64,000 nucleotides of DNA, taken from the NCBI GenBank assembly GCA_047602425.1, contig JASGHG010000001.1, positions 4,704,001-4,768,000 on the forward strand, given 5' to 3'. Position numbers and translations under genes: made by a program. The stretch is from Nibricoccus sp. GTDB taxonomy: Bacteria; Verrucomicrobiota; Verrucomicrobiia; Opitutales; Opitutaceae. Every line of letters begins with the position of its first letter. The stretch's first letter is position 1. A model generated the notes under the pieces. The model saw only the letters and a list, made by a program, of their open reading frames with translations, was not told the DNA's origin and searched no databases. Positions 30,908 through 40,821 of the stretch are shown here, piece after piece.

Positions 30908-32875
30908 ATGGCGAAAACTACTCTCATGCAGCTCGCTCTCGCCGCCGTCGCCCAGCGCGTCGGCGTCCAGACGGGAACCGATTCGACTGAGGCAAATTAC
31001 CTCGCCGAACAAGCGCGCGGTCTTCCTGACACGTCGGAGGGCCTGGCCGATCTCGCACGTCAGATCCTTCGCAAGCCTTCCGGGGACGATACCTCGCTTG
31101 TCCGCCTTGCTTCCACTTGGAAACTTTCGCTCGCGGAAACACTGTCGCTTGCCTTGGTCGCCGCGATTGAACGCGACCTTCTCGCCGGTCGAGCCATCGC
31201 CTACGCCCAAACTCCCGTCGGCGGTTCGAGACCCACGCTTGGTCTCCTCGCAGAATCCTTTGGCCGCATCGACAACTCGAAGCTCTTCAATCCCGTCCAA
31301 CTCGCCAGCAGTCCCGCCTTCCTCAGCGGTGCGCTCACCTTGCATAACGACGGCGCTCCGCTGCCCGAACGTCCCGTTTCGCTTTCGCTTCCTCTCTGCC
31401 TCGCTCTTTCTGGGGAAGAAACCAACTGGCCCGGCGGCGTGATCGACCATCCCGATGCGCAACTCCCGCTCCCGGAATCCGTCGTCGCCCAATGTCGCCA
31501 GCAGGCTTCTGCTCTCTCCCGGGAGTCGTCCTGCGTGCTCGTCCTGCGCTCTTCCGCTCTTGAGGAAACTCGCGCCGCCGCCACTTCCATTGCGCGTACG
31601 CTGAACAAACGACCCTTTATCGCCGAAACGGTCGCCACCTCGGGCCTTGCCGCGTGGCTGATCCTGCGCGATCTCATCCCCGTTTTCGTCCTCGAACCTG
31701 GTCCCGGCGAAACCAAACAGGTTCCTGCCATTCCTCTTTACGATGGCCCCGTGCTCGTCGCCGCCGGTATCGAGGGCACACTCGAGGCTCCCGGTCGTCA
31801 GCTCACGCATTGGAGCCTTCCGCTCCCGACGCTGGCCGAACGCGAGACGCTTTGGCGCCAGGCACTCCCGCATGGCACCGCCGCAGCCGAACTCTCGCGC
31901 AGCCATCGCCTCAGCACCGCGCGCATTTCCCAACTGGGTAAACTCGCCCTCCATCGCGCCCACCTGGATGGCCGAACCACTCCGGATGCCACAACCGTTC
32001 GCGACGTTTCCCGCTCGGGCGAAGGCGCCGGCCTTGAATCGCTCGCGCAACTCATCGCCGATCCCATCCCGGACGACGCGCTTGTCCTCCACCCGGAGTT
32101 GCGCGCCGAACTCGACGCCCTTCTCTCCCGCTGCCATCACCGCGATGGCCTGACTTCCAACCTCGGCGCGGCTTCCGCCACCCGCTACACCGCCGGCGTG
32201 CGCGCTCTTTTTGTCGGACCATCCGGTACCGGCAAAACCCTCGCCGCCTGCTGGCTCGCCACGCGCTTGGGGCTTCCCCTTTACCGTGTCGATCTTGCCA
32301 ACATCAACAGCAAGTACATCGGCGAAACGGAGAAAAATCTCGCGCGCCTTCTCGCCCGCGCCGAGCGCACCGAGGCCGTCCTTCTTTTCGACGAGGCCGA
32401 TTCCCTTTTCGGCAAACGCACCGACGTTCGCGAATCCAACGATCGTTTCGCCAATGCCCAAACCAATTACCTGCTCCAACGCATCGAGACCTTCGACAGT
32501 ATTGCCATCCTGACCAGCAATAGTCGCGCGCGTTTCGACAACGCGTTTTCCCGTCGCCTCGATCTCATCGTCGAGTTTCCCTTGCCCGCACCCGCCGAGC
32601 GCCGCGCTCTCTGGCAGGCGCACCTCGGCGAGGCCCATTCGCTCACGATGCAGGAACTCAATCTCCTTGCAGGTCAGTGCGATTTTGCCGGCGGCCAGAT
32701 TCGAAATGTCGTGCTCACCGCCGCCGTCGCTGCCCGGGGCAACGGCCAGATCATCGACTTTGCCAAACTACTCCACGCGCTCCAAGCGGAGTATCGCAAG
32801 GTCTCGCGGCCCATACCGCCCGCTCTCGTTGCGCAGAAACCGCCCATGGCAACCGTGTCCGCCCGCGCACTCTGA
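30908..32875 (+). CDS. AAA+ ATPase (Afp15/Pvc15-like)
   Basis: Walker A GPSGTGKT, SKYIGETEKNL, Walker B VLLFDEAD, LFGKRT, NYLLQRIE. Confidence 0.95.
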   Translation: MAKTTLMQLALAAVAQRVGVQTGTDSTEANYLAEQARGLPDTSEGLADLARQILRKPSGDDTSLVRLASTWKLSLAETLSLALVAAIERDLLAGRAIAYAQTPVGGSRPTLGLLAESFGRIDNSKLFNPVQLASSPAFLSGALTLHNDGAPLPERPVSLSLPLCLALSGEETNWPGGVIDHPDAQLPLPESVVAQCRQQASALSRESSCVLVLRSSALEETRAAATSIARTLNKRPFIAETVATSGLAAWLILRDLIPVFVLEPGPGETKQVPAIPLYDGPVLVAAGIEGTLEAPGRQLTHWSLPLPTLAERETLWRQALPHGTAAAELSRSHRLSTARISQLGKLALHRAHLDGRTTPDATTVRDVSRSGEGAGLESLAQLIADPIPDDALVLHPELRAELDALLSRCHHRDGLTSNLGAASATRYTAGVRALFVGPSGTGKTLAACWLATRLGLPLYRVDLANINSKYIGETEKNLARLLARAERTEAVLLFDEADSLFGKRTDVRESNDRFANAQTNYLLQRIETFDSIAILTSNSRARFDNAFSRRLDLIVEFPLPAPAERRALWQAHLGEAHSLTMQELNLLAGQCDFAGGQIRNVVLTAAVAARGNGQIIDFAKLLHALQAEYRKVSRPIPPALVAQKPPMATVSARAL

Positions 32876-35800
32876 TGGCGAACCGCTCCTTCAATCCTGT
32901 GCTCACCCGACGAGCCGCGCCGGCTCCCAAGACCGCTGCGCGTCCTGTCGCGCAGACGCGCGTGACCGGAGCCGCCGCGGGCACGCCGCGCTTCGCCGCG
33001 TCGCTTCCTAAACCAGTTGGTATCAGCCAGCGCAACGACCGGTGGGAAAATGAGGCGCGCCGCGTTTCGTCCTCCGTTCGTCACTTCTCGCCCGCGACGC
33101 AGCACGGTCCTGCGCCATTTGTTCCTTCTTCCGCAACGCCGGTCGCGACCGATACCGCCCGCGCCAAACCGCTTCACCGTCCACCGGGCGCGCGTTCCAT
33201 CGCCACGCGCGCTGCTTCCGCGAATACGTTTCACGCGGTGCCAAAGGTTTACCCGGGCTTTTCGCCCGCGACCAGTTTTCCCACTGCCAATGGTCCTCCG
33301 GTCCACGACATCACGCCCACTGCTCCCCTCGGCGGTAGCTCAGGGTCGCCTTTGAATCCTGTGATCCGCCAGCGCCTCGAATCCGTTCTCGGAGTAAAAC
33401 TTTCCTCCGTTCGAGTGCACACCGGTCCCGTTGCTGACCAAGCCGCGGCTCAATATGAAGCACGCGCCTTTACGGTTGGCAGTAATATTTATTTGCGCTC
33501 TGGCGAGAGCCCCGCGGACTTGGAATTGATCTCGCACGAGACAGCCCACGCCGTCCAACAAAGCGCGACACTTCACGCCGCTTCTCCCCGCGGTCCGCCA
33601 TCGTCCGGAAGCCACTCCATTTCCCGCGCTCCCCTCGGCATGGTGCAACGCTGGGAGACTCCCGGATGGCTGAAGGCCACGGGCAGTGCCATTGCCCACC
33701 CGATCGATACCGCGGGTAAAGTTGTCGATGCCGGAGCCGGCCTCATCGCCGAAGGTTTCTGGGCGGTCGTCGACAAGCTCGCTCCGCAAAAAATCCGCGA
33801 GCTGCTGCACGATATCAAAGACCACGGTTTCATCGGCGTGCTGAAGACCAAGGTTAGCGCCGCCCTCGATTTTGTTTTCAGTTCGCTCAAAGCCCAAGGC
33901 GGTACCGCTGCGAAAATCGCGACGGTTTTCGAAACGCTCATCGCCAAGGCCAAGCCCATCCTCGCCGCGCTCGCCGCCGGCGATTGCAAACCACTCTTTG
34001 CCGCCGTCAAAAGTCTCGGCGATATCCTCGGCAAAATGGCCGGCGATGCCTGGGACAAAATCACGACGTTCCTGAAGCCCGTCGGCGATTGGCTCAGCAA
34101 TGTCTGGAATAAATTCGGCGCACCCGTCGTCGATTTTCTCAAGGAGTTCGCCGCCGACACCTGGGACTGGATCAAAAACGTCGGTCAGGAACTGTGGGAT
34201 CTCACCAAGCCCGTGCGCGACTTCTACTCCGGCGCGTGGACCGAAATCAAAAACCTACTCGGCTTTGGCGAAGGCACCGATGACGATGGTTCTGGCGGTT
34301 TGGTCGGCTGGATCAAGGAAAAGGCCGGCGAAGTCTGGGACGGTATCAAAACCGAGCTCAAACCGATCATCGATCCGATCAAAAACGCGGCGACTGCCAT
34401 CGTCGATTTCCTCCCGATTCAGGACATCCTCAACCTCCGCGAAAAAATCACCGAGTGGATGGACAAGGCCACTGCCATGGCCGACAACATGGACGCTCCC
34501 GACGATCTCGCGGAGAACAAGGACCTGCTCCACGACATCATCCTGCCCGGCATCAAACGCGCCATCGTCAAGCTTCGTGGAAAAGTGGTCGAAGCCTCGA
34601 CGTGGGCCACGACCAAAATCGGCGGCATCGTCACCAAGGTTACCGATTTCTTCACCACGCTCTCCGGCAACACGCTGCTTTCGCCGCTCAAGGGCGTCAT
34701 TCAGTGGCTCAGTGACGAAGCGGTCAAAATCGGCACATGGGCCACAGAAAAGGTGGCGGGCCTCTTCGCCAGTGCCGACCTTGCTCTCGTCACGCTCGAT
34801 TTGTGGATCGAGCCAATCGTCAACGCACTCGGCAAACTCATCTCCGCGCTCGGCGATCTCATGGGTCGTCTCGGCGACCTCATCCTCGGACCGCTCCTAC
34901 TCGTGCCGAAATGTATCCGCGACCCGATCAAGGATTTCATTGTTACTAAAATCCTGTCGCAAATTCCGGTCTTCGCGCAACTCGTGGAATTACCCGCCAT
35001 CTGGGCAAAAGTTTCGCCGGCATTCCGCGCTGCCATCGTCGCCGTTTTCCAAGACGGCAATCTCTTCCGCGCTGCATGGATTTTCTTCCGCACCGTGCTC
35101 GATCTGCTCGGCGTGCCGCCGCAGCTCGTCACGAACCTGATTCGCAACGCCGCGAAGGCGATCAAGGACGTGCTCAAGGATCCCATCGGTTTCCTCGGCA
35201 ACGTGCTCGAGGCGATGAAGCTCGGTCTGCAACAATTCATCGACAACATCGGCAAACATCTCCTCAAAGGCGCTGTCGACTGGTTGTTGAGCGGCGTGAA
35301 AGGCCCCGGCATCAAAATTGCCGATCCATTCGTTATCAATCTCAAGAACGTCCTCGATCTCGTTCTTCAGGTGCTCGACCTGACGATGGAAAAGATTTTC
35401 CAGCGCATCGAAAAGAAGAAGGGCAAGGACGTCGCCGACAAGTGCCGCAAGATCGTCAAGGTCGTCGACAAGGCGCTCGAATGGATTTCCGTCCTCATCA
35501 ACGAAGGTCCCTCCGGCCTCTGGAAACACGTCCAGAAAGAGCTTAGCAACCTCTGGGACACCATGCTGGGCATGGTCATCGACTATCTCATCGGGAAAAT
35601 TGTCCAGCAGGCGACGATCTGGGTGACGAAGACACTCGCGAGCGGCGGTCTCAGCGTGATCATCGACGCAATCAAGGCTGTCTACGATGCCCTCCAAGTC
35701 GTCGCGCAGTACTTGAAGCAGATGCTCGAAGTCGCGAACTCGGTCTGCGAAGGCATTATCGACATCGCCAAAGGCGTGCTCACGAAGGGCGCCAACATGG

Positions 35801-36990
35801 TGGAAAACGCCGCCGCCCGCCTGATCCCGATGGTCCTCGCCTTCCTTGCCCGCACGCTCGGCATCGGCGATTTGCCGGTGGTGATTGGTGAGGGGATCCA
35901 GAAAGTCCGCAAGAAAGTCGAGGACGCCATCGATACGCTCATCGACAAGACCTTCGCCCTGATCGACTGGGCCAAGCAAAAAGGCAAAGACGCCGTCGAT
36001 AAATTACTCAACTGGTGGAAAGTCAGTGAGGACATCAAGGCCGACGATGGCACCACCCATCATGCGAAGCTGGAGGGTGAGCCGCCTGCTCCGGTTAAAC
36101 TTGTCATCGCCAGCGAACCGATGGATGGAGCCGCCGCGATCAAAGCTATCGACAAAAACGAAGATCTTACCGATGCCGAGAAGACGACCTTTAAGGCACA
36201 GGCCACAACGAAGAAGGACGCCATCGAAGCCTCAGTGAAAAAACTCGAGGGCATGAAAAATGTCGAAAGCGCGGGCAATAAACCCAGCGACAAATCGCTA
36301 CGCGACAAAGCGCTCAGCGATGAAACTGACAAATTGCGGGGTTACGTGCGCGAACTTGCTTCGATTCTGGAAAAGTCACTGTTCTCCACCGTGCCGTGGT
36401 CGGAGATTCCGGACACCAAACCATCGCCCGCTTATGGTTCCGGCGCTGCGTCCTCCATGAAAGCCGATCCGTTGACCAATCTTGGAGACGGTGGTTCGGA
36501 GCCGGAAAGTGGCCATGAACCTAAGGGTTGGTTCGAGCTTCAGGAAGCCGGATTTACTGAGGGTGGCTATCGCTACAAGCAGATGCACCTCGTCAATGCT
36601 CGCTTCGGCGGCAAGGGTGTGCGCAACAACCTCACGCCTGGATCGCACCAGAATAATTCGGACCACTTGGGCTCGGTTGAGAATCCCCTCAAGGAACTTG
36701 TCGGCAATGCCCGTGGCGACAGAACCAAGAAGGGTTATCTCTGGTATTCGGTTAAAGTGAATTACGGTGCGGCAAATCGCGGGCCCAAATGGCCGGATTC
36801 ATTCATCAGCAAAAAGACCGGACAGCCTGTCCGCCTGAAAGGCGTTCTGAGCAAGGCCGACTTCGCAGAATCCATCCAATGCGAATGGGGCGTCTACAAG
36901 CGCACCAATAAAAAGTGGACTAAACAAACGTCGGCCATCGGAAGTTTCTCCGTCGGCCCTATCCCGTTGCCACCCTTCGAGACCGTCTAA
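32875..36990 (+). CDS. DUF4157 (eCIS core) protein with a helical middle region and putative C-terminal His-Me-finger nuclease, effector 1
   Basis: Start reassigned to the TGATG overlap at 32873-32877. VRVHT...ARAFTVGSNIY...LISHETAHAVQQ; C-terminal YKQMHLVNARFGGKGVRNNLTPGSHQNN. Confidence 0.85.
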   Translation: MANRSFNPVLTRRAAPAPKTAARPVAQTRVTGAAAGTPRFAASLPKPVGISQRNDRWENEARRVSSSVRHFSPATQHGPAPFVPSSATPVATDTARAKPLHRPPGARSIATRAASANTFHAVPKVYPGFSPATSFPTANGPPVHDITPTAPLGGSSGSPLNPVIRQRLESVLGVKLSSVRVHTGPVADQAAAQYEARAFTVGSNIYLRSGESPADLELISHETAHAVQQSATLHAASPRGPPSSGSHSISRAPLGMVQRWETPGWLKATGSAIAHPIDTAGKVVDAGAGLIAEGFWAVVDKLAPQKIRELLHDIKDHGFIGVLKTKVSAALDFVFSSLKAQGGTAAKIATVFETLIAKAKPILAALAAGDCKPLFAAVKSLGDILGKMAGDAWDKITTFLKPVGDWLSNVWNKFGAPVVDFLKEFAADTWDWIKNVGQELWDLTKPVRDFYSGAWTEIKNLLGFGEGTDDDGSGGLVGWIKEKAGEVWDGIKTELKPIIDPIKNAATAIVDFLPIQDILNLREKITEWMDKATAMADNMDAPDDLAENKDLLHDIILPGIKRAIVKLRGKVVEASTWATTKIGGIVTKVTDFFTTLSGNTLLSPLKGVIQWLSDEAVKIGTWATEKVAGLFASADLALVTLDLWIEPIVNALGKLISALGDLMGRLGDLILGPLLLVPKCIRDPIKDFIVTKILSQIPVFAQLVELPAIWAKVSPAFRAAIVAVFQDGNLFRAAWIFFRTVLDLLGVPPQLVTNLIRNAAKAIKDVLKDPIGFLGNVLEAMKLGLQQFIDNIGKHLLKGAVDWLLSGVKGPGIKIADPFVINLKNVLDLVLQVLDLTMEKIFQRIEKKKGKDVADKCRKIVKVVDKALEWISVLINEGPSGLWKHVQKELSNLWDTMLGMVIDYLIGKIVQQATIWVTKTLASGGLSVIIDAIKAVYDALQVVAQYLKQMLEVANSVCEGIIDIAKGVLTKGANMVENAAARLIPMVLAFLARTLGIGDLPVVIGEGIQKVRKKVEDAIDTLIDKTFALIDWAKQKGKDAVDKLLNWWKVSEDIKADDGTTHHAKLEGEPPAPVKLVIASEPMDGAAAIKAIDKNEDLTDAEKTTFKAQATTKKDAIEASVKKLEGMKNVESAGNKPSDKSLRDKALSDETDKLRGYVRELASILEKSLFSTVPWSEIPDTKPSPAYGSGAASSMKADPLTNLGDGGSEPESGHEPKGWFELQEAGFTEGGYRYKQMHLVNARFGGKGVRNNLTPGSHQNNSDHLGSVENPLKELVGNARGDRTKKGYLWYSVKVNYGAANRGPKWPDSFISKKTGQPVRLKGVLSKADFAESIQCEWGVYKRTNKKWTKQTSAIGSFSVGPIPLPPFETV

Positions 36991-36993
36991 TCC

Positions 36994-39900
36994 ATGCCCG
37001 CGCCCACCTTCAGCCCCAAGACCATCCGCCGCACGGCTGCTCCAGCCGCGCCGGTTCGGCGTGCGGTCAAAGCGGCGGCTCATGTTCAAGGCGCCTCTTC
37101 CGGCATGCCACGTTTTGCCCGCACTTCGCAACCGGTTGCGGCGACTCCCACCGCCAAAATCGCTCCGGCTGTCTCGTCGCCCGCGGCAACGCGACCCGTT
37201 TCAGCCGCGAAGAAAACTCCATCCACCACAGTTGTTCCAACCACAGTTCCGGCTACACCCGATATCCGGTCCCGTTTCGCGCCGCCTGCCAAATCTCCTC
37301 TGCCCCGTCCACTCCCTCTCGTCACTTCGCCGGGCGACCGCTGGGAGCGCGAAGCGCACGATTTTGCCGATTTCGCTACCCGCTTTAATGACCGTCCAAA
37401 ACAATTACTTTCGTCCACAAAACTGGCACCTCTCGTCGCTCCCGTTACGACTTTGCCGATCGTGAGCAGTTCCGGAGCGCCGCTGCCGACCGCCCTGAGC
37501 CGCAAAATCGAAGCTGCCACCGGCCACGGCGTAAGCAGCATTCGTGTCCACGATAACAAAGAAGCGCAACATGCCGCTCAAAGCCTGAAGGCGCACGCTT
37601 TCACCGTTGGCTCCAATATCTATCTAGGTCCAACGGCCAATCCTTCCGATCAGCGGTTGCTCGCTCACGAAACTGCGCACACTTTCCAACAAACATCTGA
37701 AATTCGAGCGTTCAAACCTGCGCTCAAAAGCGCTCAGTCCGCGCGAGGTCCACCAAGGTCACGCATTGATGAAACTGCAGCGCCACGCCTCGACGCGTCG
37801 GTGCCTCAACTCACGCGAGCGCCTCACGGCGCAGTACAACGTTTGGAACTCGATCCTTTGCTGCCGATCGCGACCTATGCGGTCAGCCCGCTTCTTGGGC
37901 CCGTTCTCCTGCCGACGGTACAGTTGGGATCGCGTGGTCTTTTGACGCGTTCGCTTCAGGACACGTTGGACCAGATGCTGTCCGGCGGACTATCGAGAAC
38001 GTTGTCGTTTGTCACCGATAACAGCCTGGAAGTTTTGCTCAGCACTTTCGCGCTCAAGCCCGGCCACTTCTCCTGGCCGCTTGCTTGGTTCCGCGGCTCC
38101 TTGCCCATCATAGAATATTCCAGCCGCGCACAGGATCTTCTTTCCAACAGCCCGCAAGATACTTTTGCCGACAGCCTTCGCGGTTTGAGCCAGATGCTTC
38201 GTGCCGTATTCAATGGAAACTGGCGCTGGCTCGCTGAATCGTTCACCGCAACCCAGCTCTCGTATGCCCAACTCAGGATAAAAATCGGCGCAACGCTGGG
38301 CGATCTCGGCGGCTATATTGGTCAAGCCCAACTCGGCCGACGCCTCGATAGTCTCGCCGACGATCTCCGCGCCAACGCGGCCGTTCTCGATGGTTTCCCG
38401 ACGCTGCGCGCCGACGTGGCTGAGATTCTCGGCTTCATCGATTTCAACAGCCCTACCGCAACGCTCGTCACTTGGGTTGAAAACATCCGCAATGCAGCCC
38501 TCTACGTTCCGTCGCACCTCAAGTCGATCGCCACGGGAATCGAAACCTCTCTGCAACTGGTCGAACCACTCGACCTGCTCCGCGATCTCGGCAAAGGTAC
38601 GCAGACCTTGCGCGACCTCCTCGACGAAGCCGCCGATGCGGTCGAGGAACCCGATAACGTCGCCGACGATGGCCGCCTGTTCAAAGTTGTGCTTCCCGGC
38701 ATCACGAACCAAGCGCGATGGCTCGGGCTCGCCATTGGCGACGCCGCAATTTGGCCGTCCACCTTGTCGCTTTCCTTCCTTGAGGGGGTCCAGAACTGGA
38801 CCACGCAGCTCCACGATATCGGCTATGGGCTTCACGATTGGGTCGAAGCTACGGCCCGGGAAATATTCTTATGGATTTCCGACGTCTTCGACACCTCCTT
38901 CGCGACGTTGGAACAAATCTTCACGCTTTACGACAACTGGACCGAACCACTCGAAGATCTTTTCTCCGCCATGGCGCCGGCCATGACCGATGAGAACACC
39001 AAAGAGGTAAAACCGCCTTTCCTTATCCGCGCGCTTCGAAAACTCGGCGTCCCCGAAGAGCTGCTCAGCCAACTCCAGGCTCACATCAAGAGTCTCGGCA
39101 AAGTTCTCAAGCACCCGTTCAAATTCTTCCGCAATCTCACCTCTGCAATCGTCAAAGGCCTCTACAACTTCGCCGGCAATATCGGACGTCATCTTTTCGA
39201 AGGTATCGCCGCCTGGATTCTCGGCGACTTGCCGATCGCAATGCCAAAATCCTTCGACCTGCCGAGCATTTTTGCGTCCCTCGCCACCTTGCTCGGCCTG
39301 ACGCTCGATCACGTGCTCGATGTTTTGGAGCGCAAGTATCCTGGTGTTGGTCGAAAGGTTCGGCGCGCGCTCGCCGCCGGTACGCTCGCGATCAAATGGC
39401 TGCGGCTCATCTATGAAAAAAAATACGCTGAGCTCTGGGAGGAATTGAAGGCCGAGATCTCGACGTTCTGGTCACAAATCATCGAACAGGTCCAACAAAC
39501 CGTGATCAACATTCTCATCGAGGGTGGCATCACGCTGTTGATGAATTTTCTCACGCCTGGACTCCGTCAGGCGGTTAGCATTATCCGAAAAATCTACCAA
39601 ATCATCAAAAACCTGAAAGCCCAGGCCACTCGCATGATGGGCGTCGTCAATGCGATTTTCCAAAGCATCGACGACATCGTGGAAGGCAAACTCGACAAAG
39701 CCATCGAGTTTGTCGAAAAAACCGCGGTCAAGGTGCTGCACGTCGCTATCCGTTTCTTCGCCGATTGGCTTGGACTTGGCGACATCCCAGCCAAGATCCG
39801 CAAGGCCGTCGACGAGGTCCGCAGCTTTATCGACAAAGGCATCGAGAAGATCATCGATTTCGCCAAAAAGGTTTGGGAGTGGCTCGGCGAAACCGTCGCA

Positions 39901-40749
39901 TCCGTCCTTGAGTGGTGGAAAAACAAAAATGTCTTCCGCAACGAAGCCGGGGAAATTCACACCCTCTACTTCGACGAGAAGATGAACTCCAGCAGCCCGC
40001 CTCTTGCTGTCGCCACCACCCCCAAGGTTCTGAAGGACTACATTGCCGACTACAAAAAGAAGAACACGACCACCGTCGCCGAGGACAAACTCATTGCAAA
40101 AATCGAAACGCATGCTGCCGAGATTGATCGCATCAAGGCCAAAACTGCGGGAAGTTTCGGACAAAAAGATGGCGAAGACATCCGCGCGCACTTCGACGAG
40201 ATCGCCAAACTCCTCGCATCCCTCGGGCGGCCGGAAACCGTCCCTCCAAGCAATGTCAAATGGCTCACGCTTTCTGGAAAGTACAACGATGGCCACGACA
40301 TGACGGCCGATCCGCTTACCCTTGATCCCGGCGGTAATGAGGGGAGCCAACCTTTCGAATCCTCCAAACTCTGGAACGCTGTCAACCAACGCTCGATGAC
40401 CTATATCCGTGGTCACCTCCTGAATCATCATGTGCACGGCCCCGGTGCCATCAAAAACCTCATTCCCATCACCCGCTCGGCCAACGGTCGCATGGAACGC
40501 ATTGGCGAAACGTATGTGAAGGAAGCGGTCATCGGTCAGAAAAAGGTGATCCACTACAGGGTCTGGGCCAAGTTTCACGATCCAAAGCCCAAGCGGAAAT
40601 ACATCCCCGAAGAAGCAGAACTGCCAAAGGAAATTTATATGATGGCCTACTACAAAAACAAAAAAGGCAATCGCTGGGAGACCGACTTCTCCAACCCCTT
40701 TGTCTCCGAAGTCGTGCCGAACGATCTACCTGCCGACACCAAACCCTAG
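36994..40749 (+). CDS. DUF4157 (eCIS core) protein with C-terminal DNA/RNA non-specific endonuclease-like domain, effector 2
   Basis: IRVHD...AHAFTVGSNIY...LLAHETAHTFQQ; C-terminal YIRGHLLNHHVHGPGAIKNLIPITRSANGRME. Confidence 0.87.
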   Translation: MPAPTFSPKTIRRTAAPAAPVRRAVKAAAHVQGASSGMPRFARTSQPVAATPTAKIAPAVSSPAATRPVSAAKKTPSTTVVPTTVPATPDIRSRFAPPAKSPLPRPLPLVTSPGDRWEREAHDFADFATRFNDRPKQLLSSTKLAPLVAPVTTLPIVSSSGAPLPTALSRKIEAATGHGVSSIRVHDNKEAQHAAQSLKAHAFTVGSNIYLGPTANPSDQRLLAHETAHTFQQTSEIRAFKPALKSAQSARGPPRSRIDETAAPRLDASVPQLTRAPHGAVQRLELDPLLPIATYAVSPLLGPVLLPTVQLGSRGLLTRSLQDTLDQMLSGGLSRTLSFVTDNSLEVLLSTFALKPGHFSWPLAWFRGSLPIIEYSSRAQDLLSNSPQDTFADSLRGLSQMLRAVFNGNWRWLAESFTATQLSYAQLRIKIGATLGDLGGYIGQAQLGRRLDSLADDLRANAAVLDGFPTLRADVAEILGFIDFNSPTATLVTWVENIRNAALYVPSHLKSIATGIETSLQLVEPLDLLRDLGKGTQTLRDLLDEAADAVEEPDNVADDGRLFKVVLPGITNQARWLGLAIGDAAIWPSTLSLSFLEGVQNWTTQLHDIGYGLHDWVEATAREIFLWISDVFDTSFATLEQIFTLYDNWTEPLEDLFSAMAPAMTDENTKEVKPPFLIRALRKLGVPEELLSQLQAHIKSLGKVLKHPFKFFRNLTSAIVKGLYNFAGNIGRHLFEGIAAWILGDLPIAMPKSFDLPSIFASLATLLGLTLDHVLDVLERKYPGVGRKVRRALAAGTLAIKWLRLIYEKKYAELWEELKAEISTFWSQIIEQVQQTVINILIEGGITLLMNFLTPGLRQAVSIIRKIYQIIKNLKAQATRMMGVVNAIFQSIDDIVEGKLDKAIEFVEKTAVKVLHVAIRFFADWLGLGDIPAKIRKAVDEVRSFIDKGIEKIIDFAKKVWEWLGETVASVLEWWKNKNVFRNEAGEIHTLYFDEKMNSSSPPLAVATTPKVLKDYIADYKKKNTTTVAEDKLIAKIETHAAEIDRIKAKTAGSFGQKDGEDIRAHFDEIAKLLASLGRPETVPPSNVKWLTLSGKYNDGHDMTADPLTLDPGGNEGSQPFESSKLWNAVNQRSMTYIRGHLLNHHVHGPGAIKNLIPITRSANGRMERIGETYVKEAVIGQKKVIHYRVWAKFHDPKPKRKYIPEEAELPKEIYMMAYYKNKKGNRWETDFSNPFVSEVVPNDLPADTKP

Positions 40750-40821
40750 AGCACATACAATAAAACTGTAGCCGTAAATCGGTGTTGTGAACCGAGCTGT
40801 CTTCGTAGGGGCGCAGTCTTG

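Noticed and set aside
17954..32638. Long antisense ORFs (17954-19399, 20477-22300, 28634-30040, 30650-32638)
   Set aside because: They shadow well-supported plus-strand genes, show no motifs, and are expected from high-GC codon bias.
7244..40749. Prophage or canonical T6SS
   Set aside because: No capsid, portal, terminase, integrase or replication genes, and no TssJ/L/M, TssA or ClpV; DUF4255, the Afp15-like ATPase and DUF4157 indicate eCIS.
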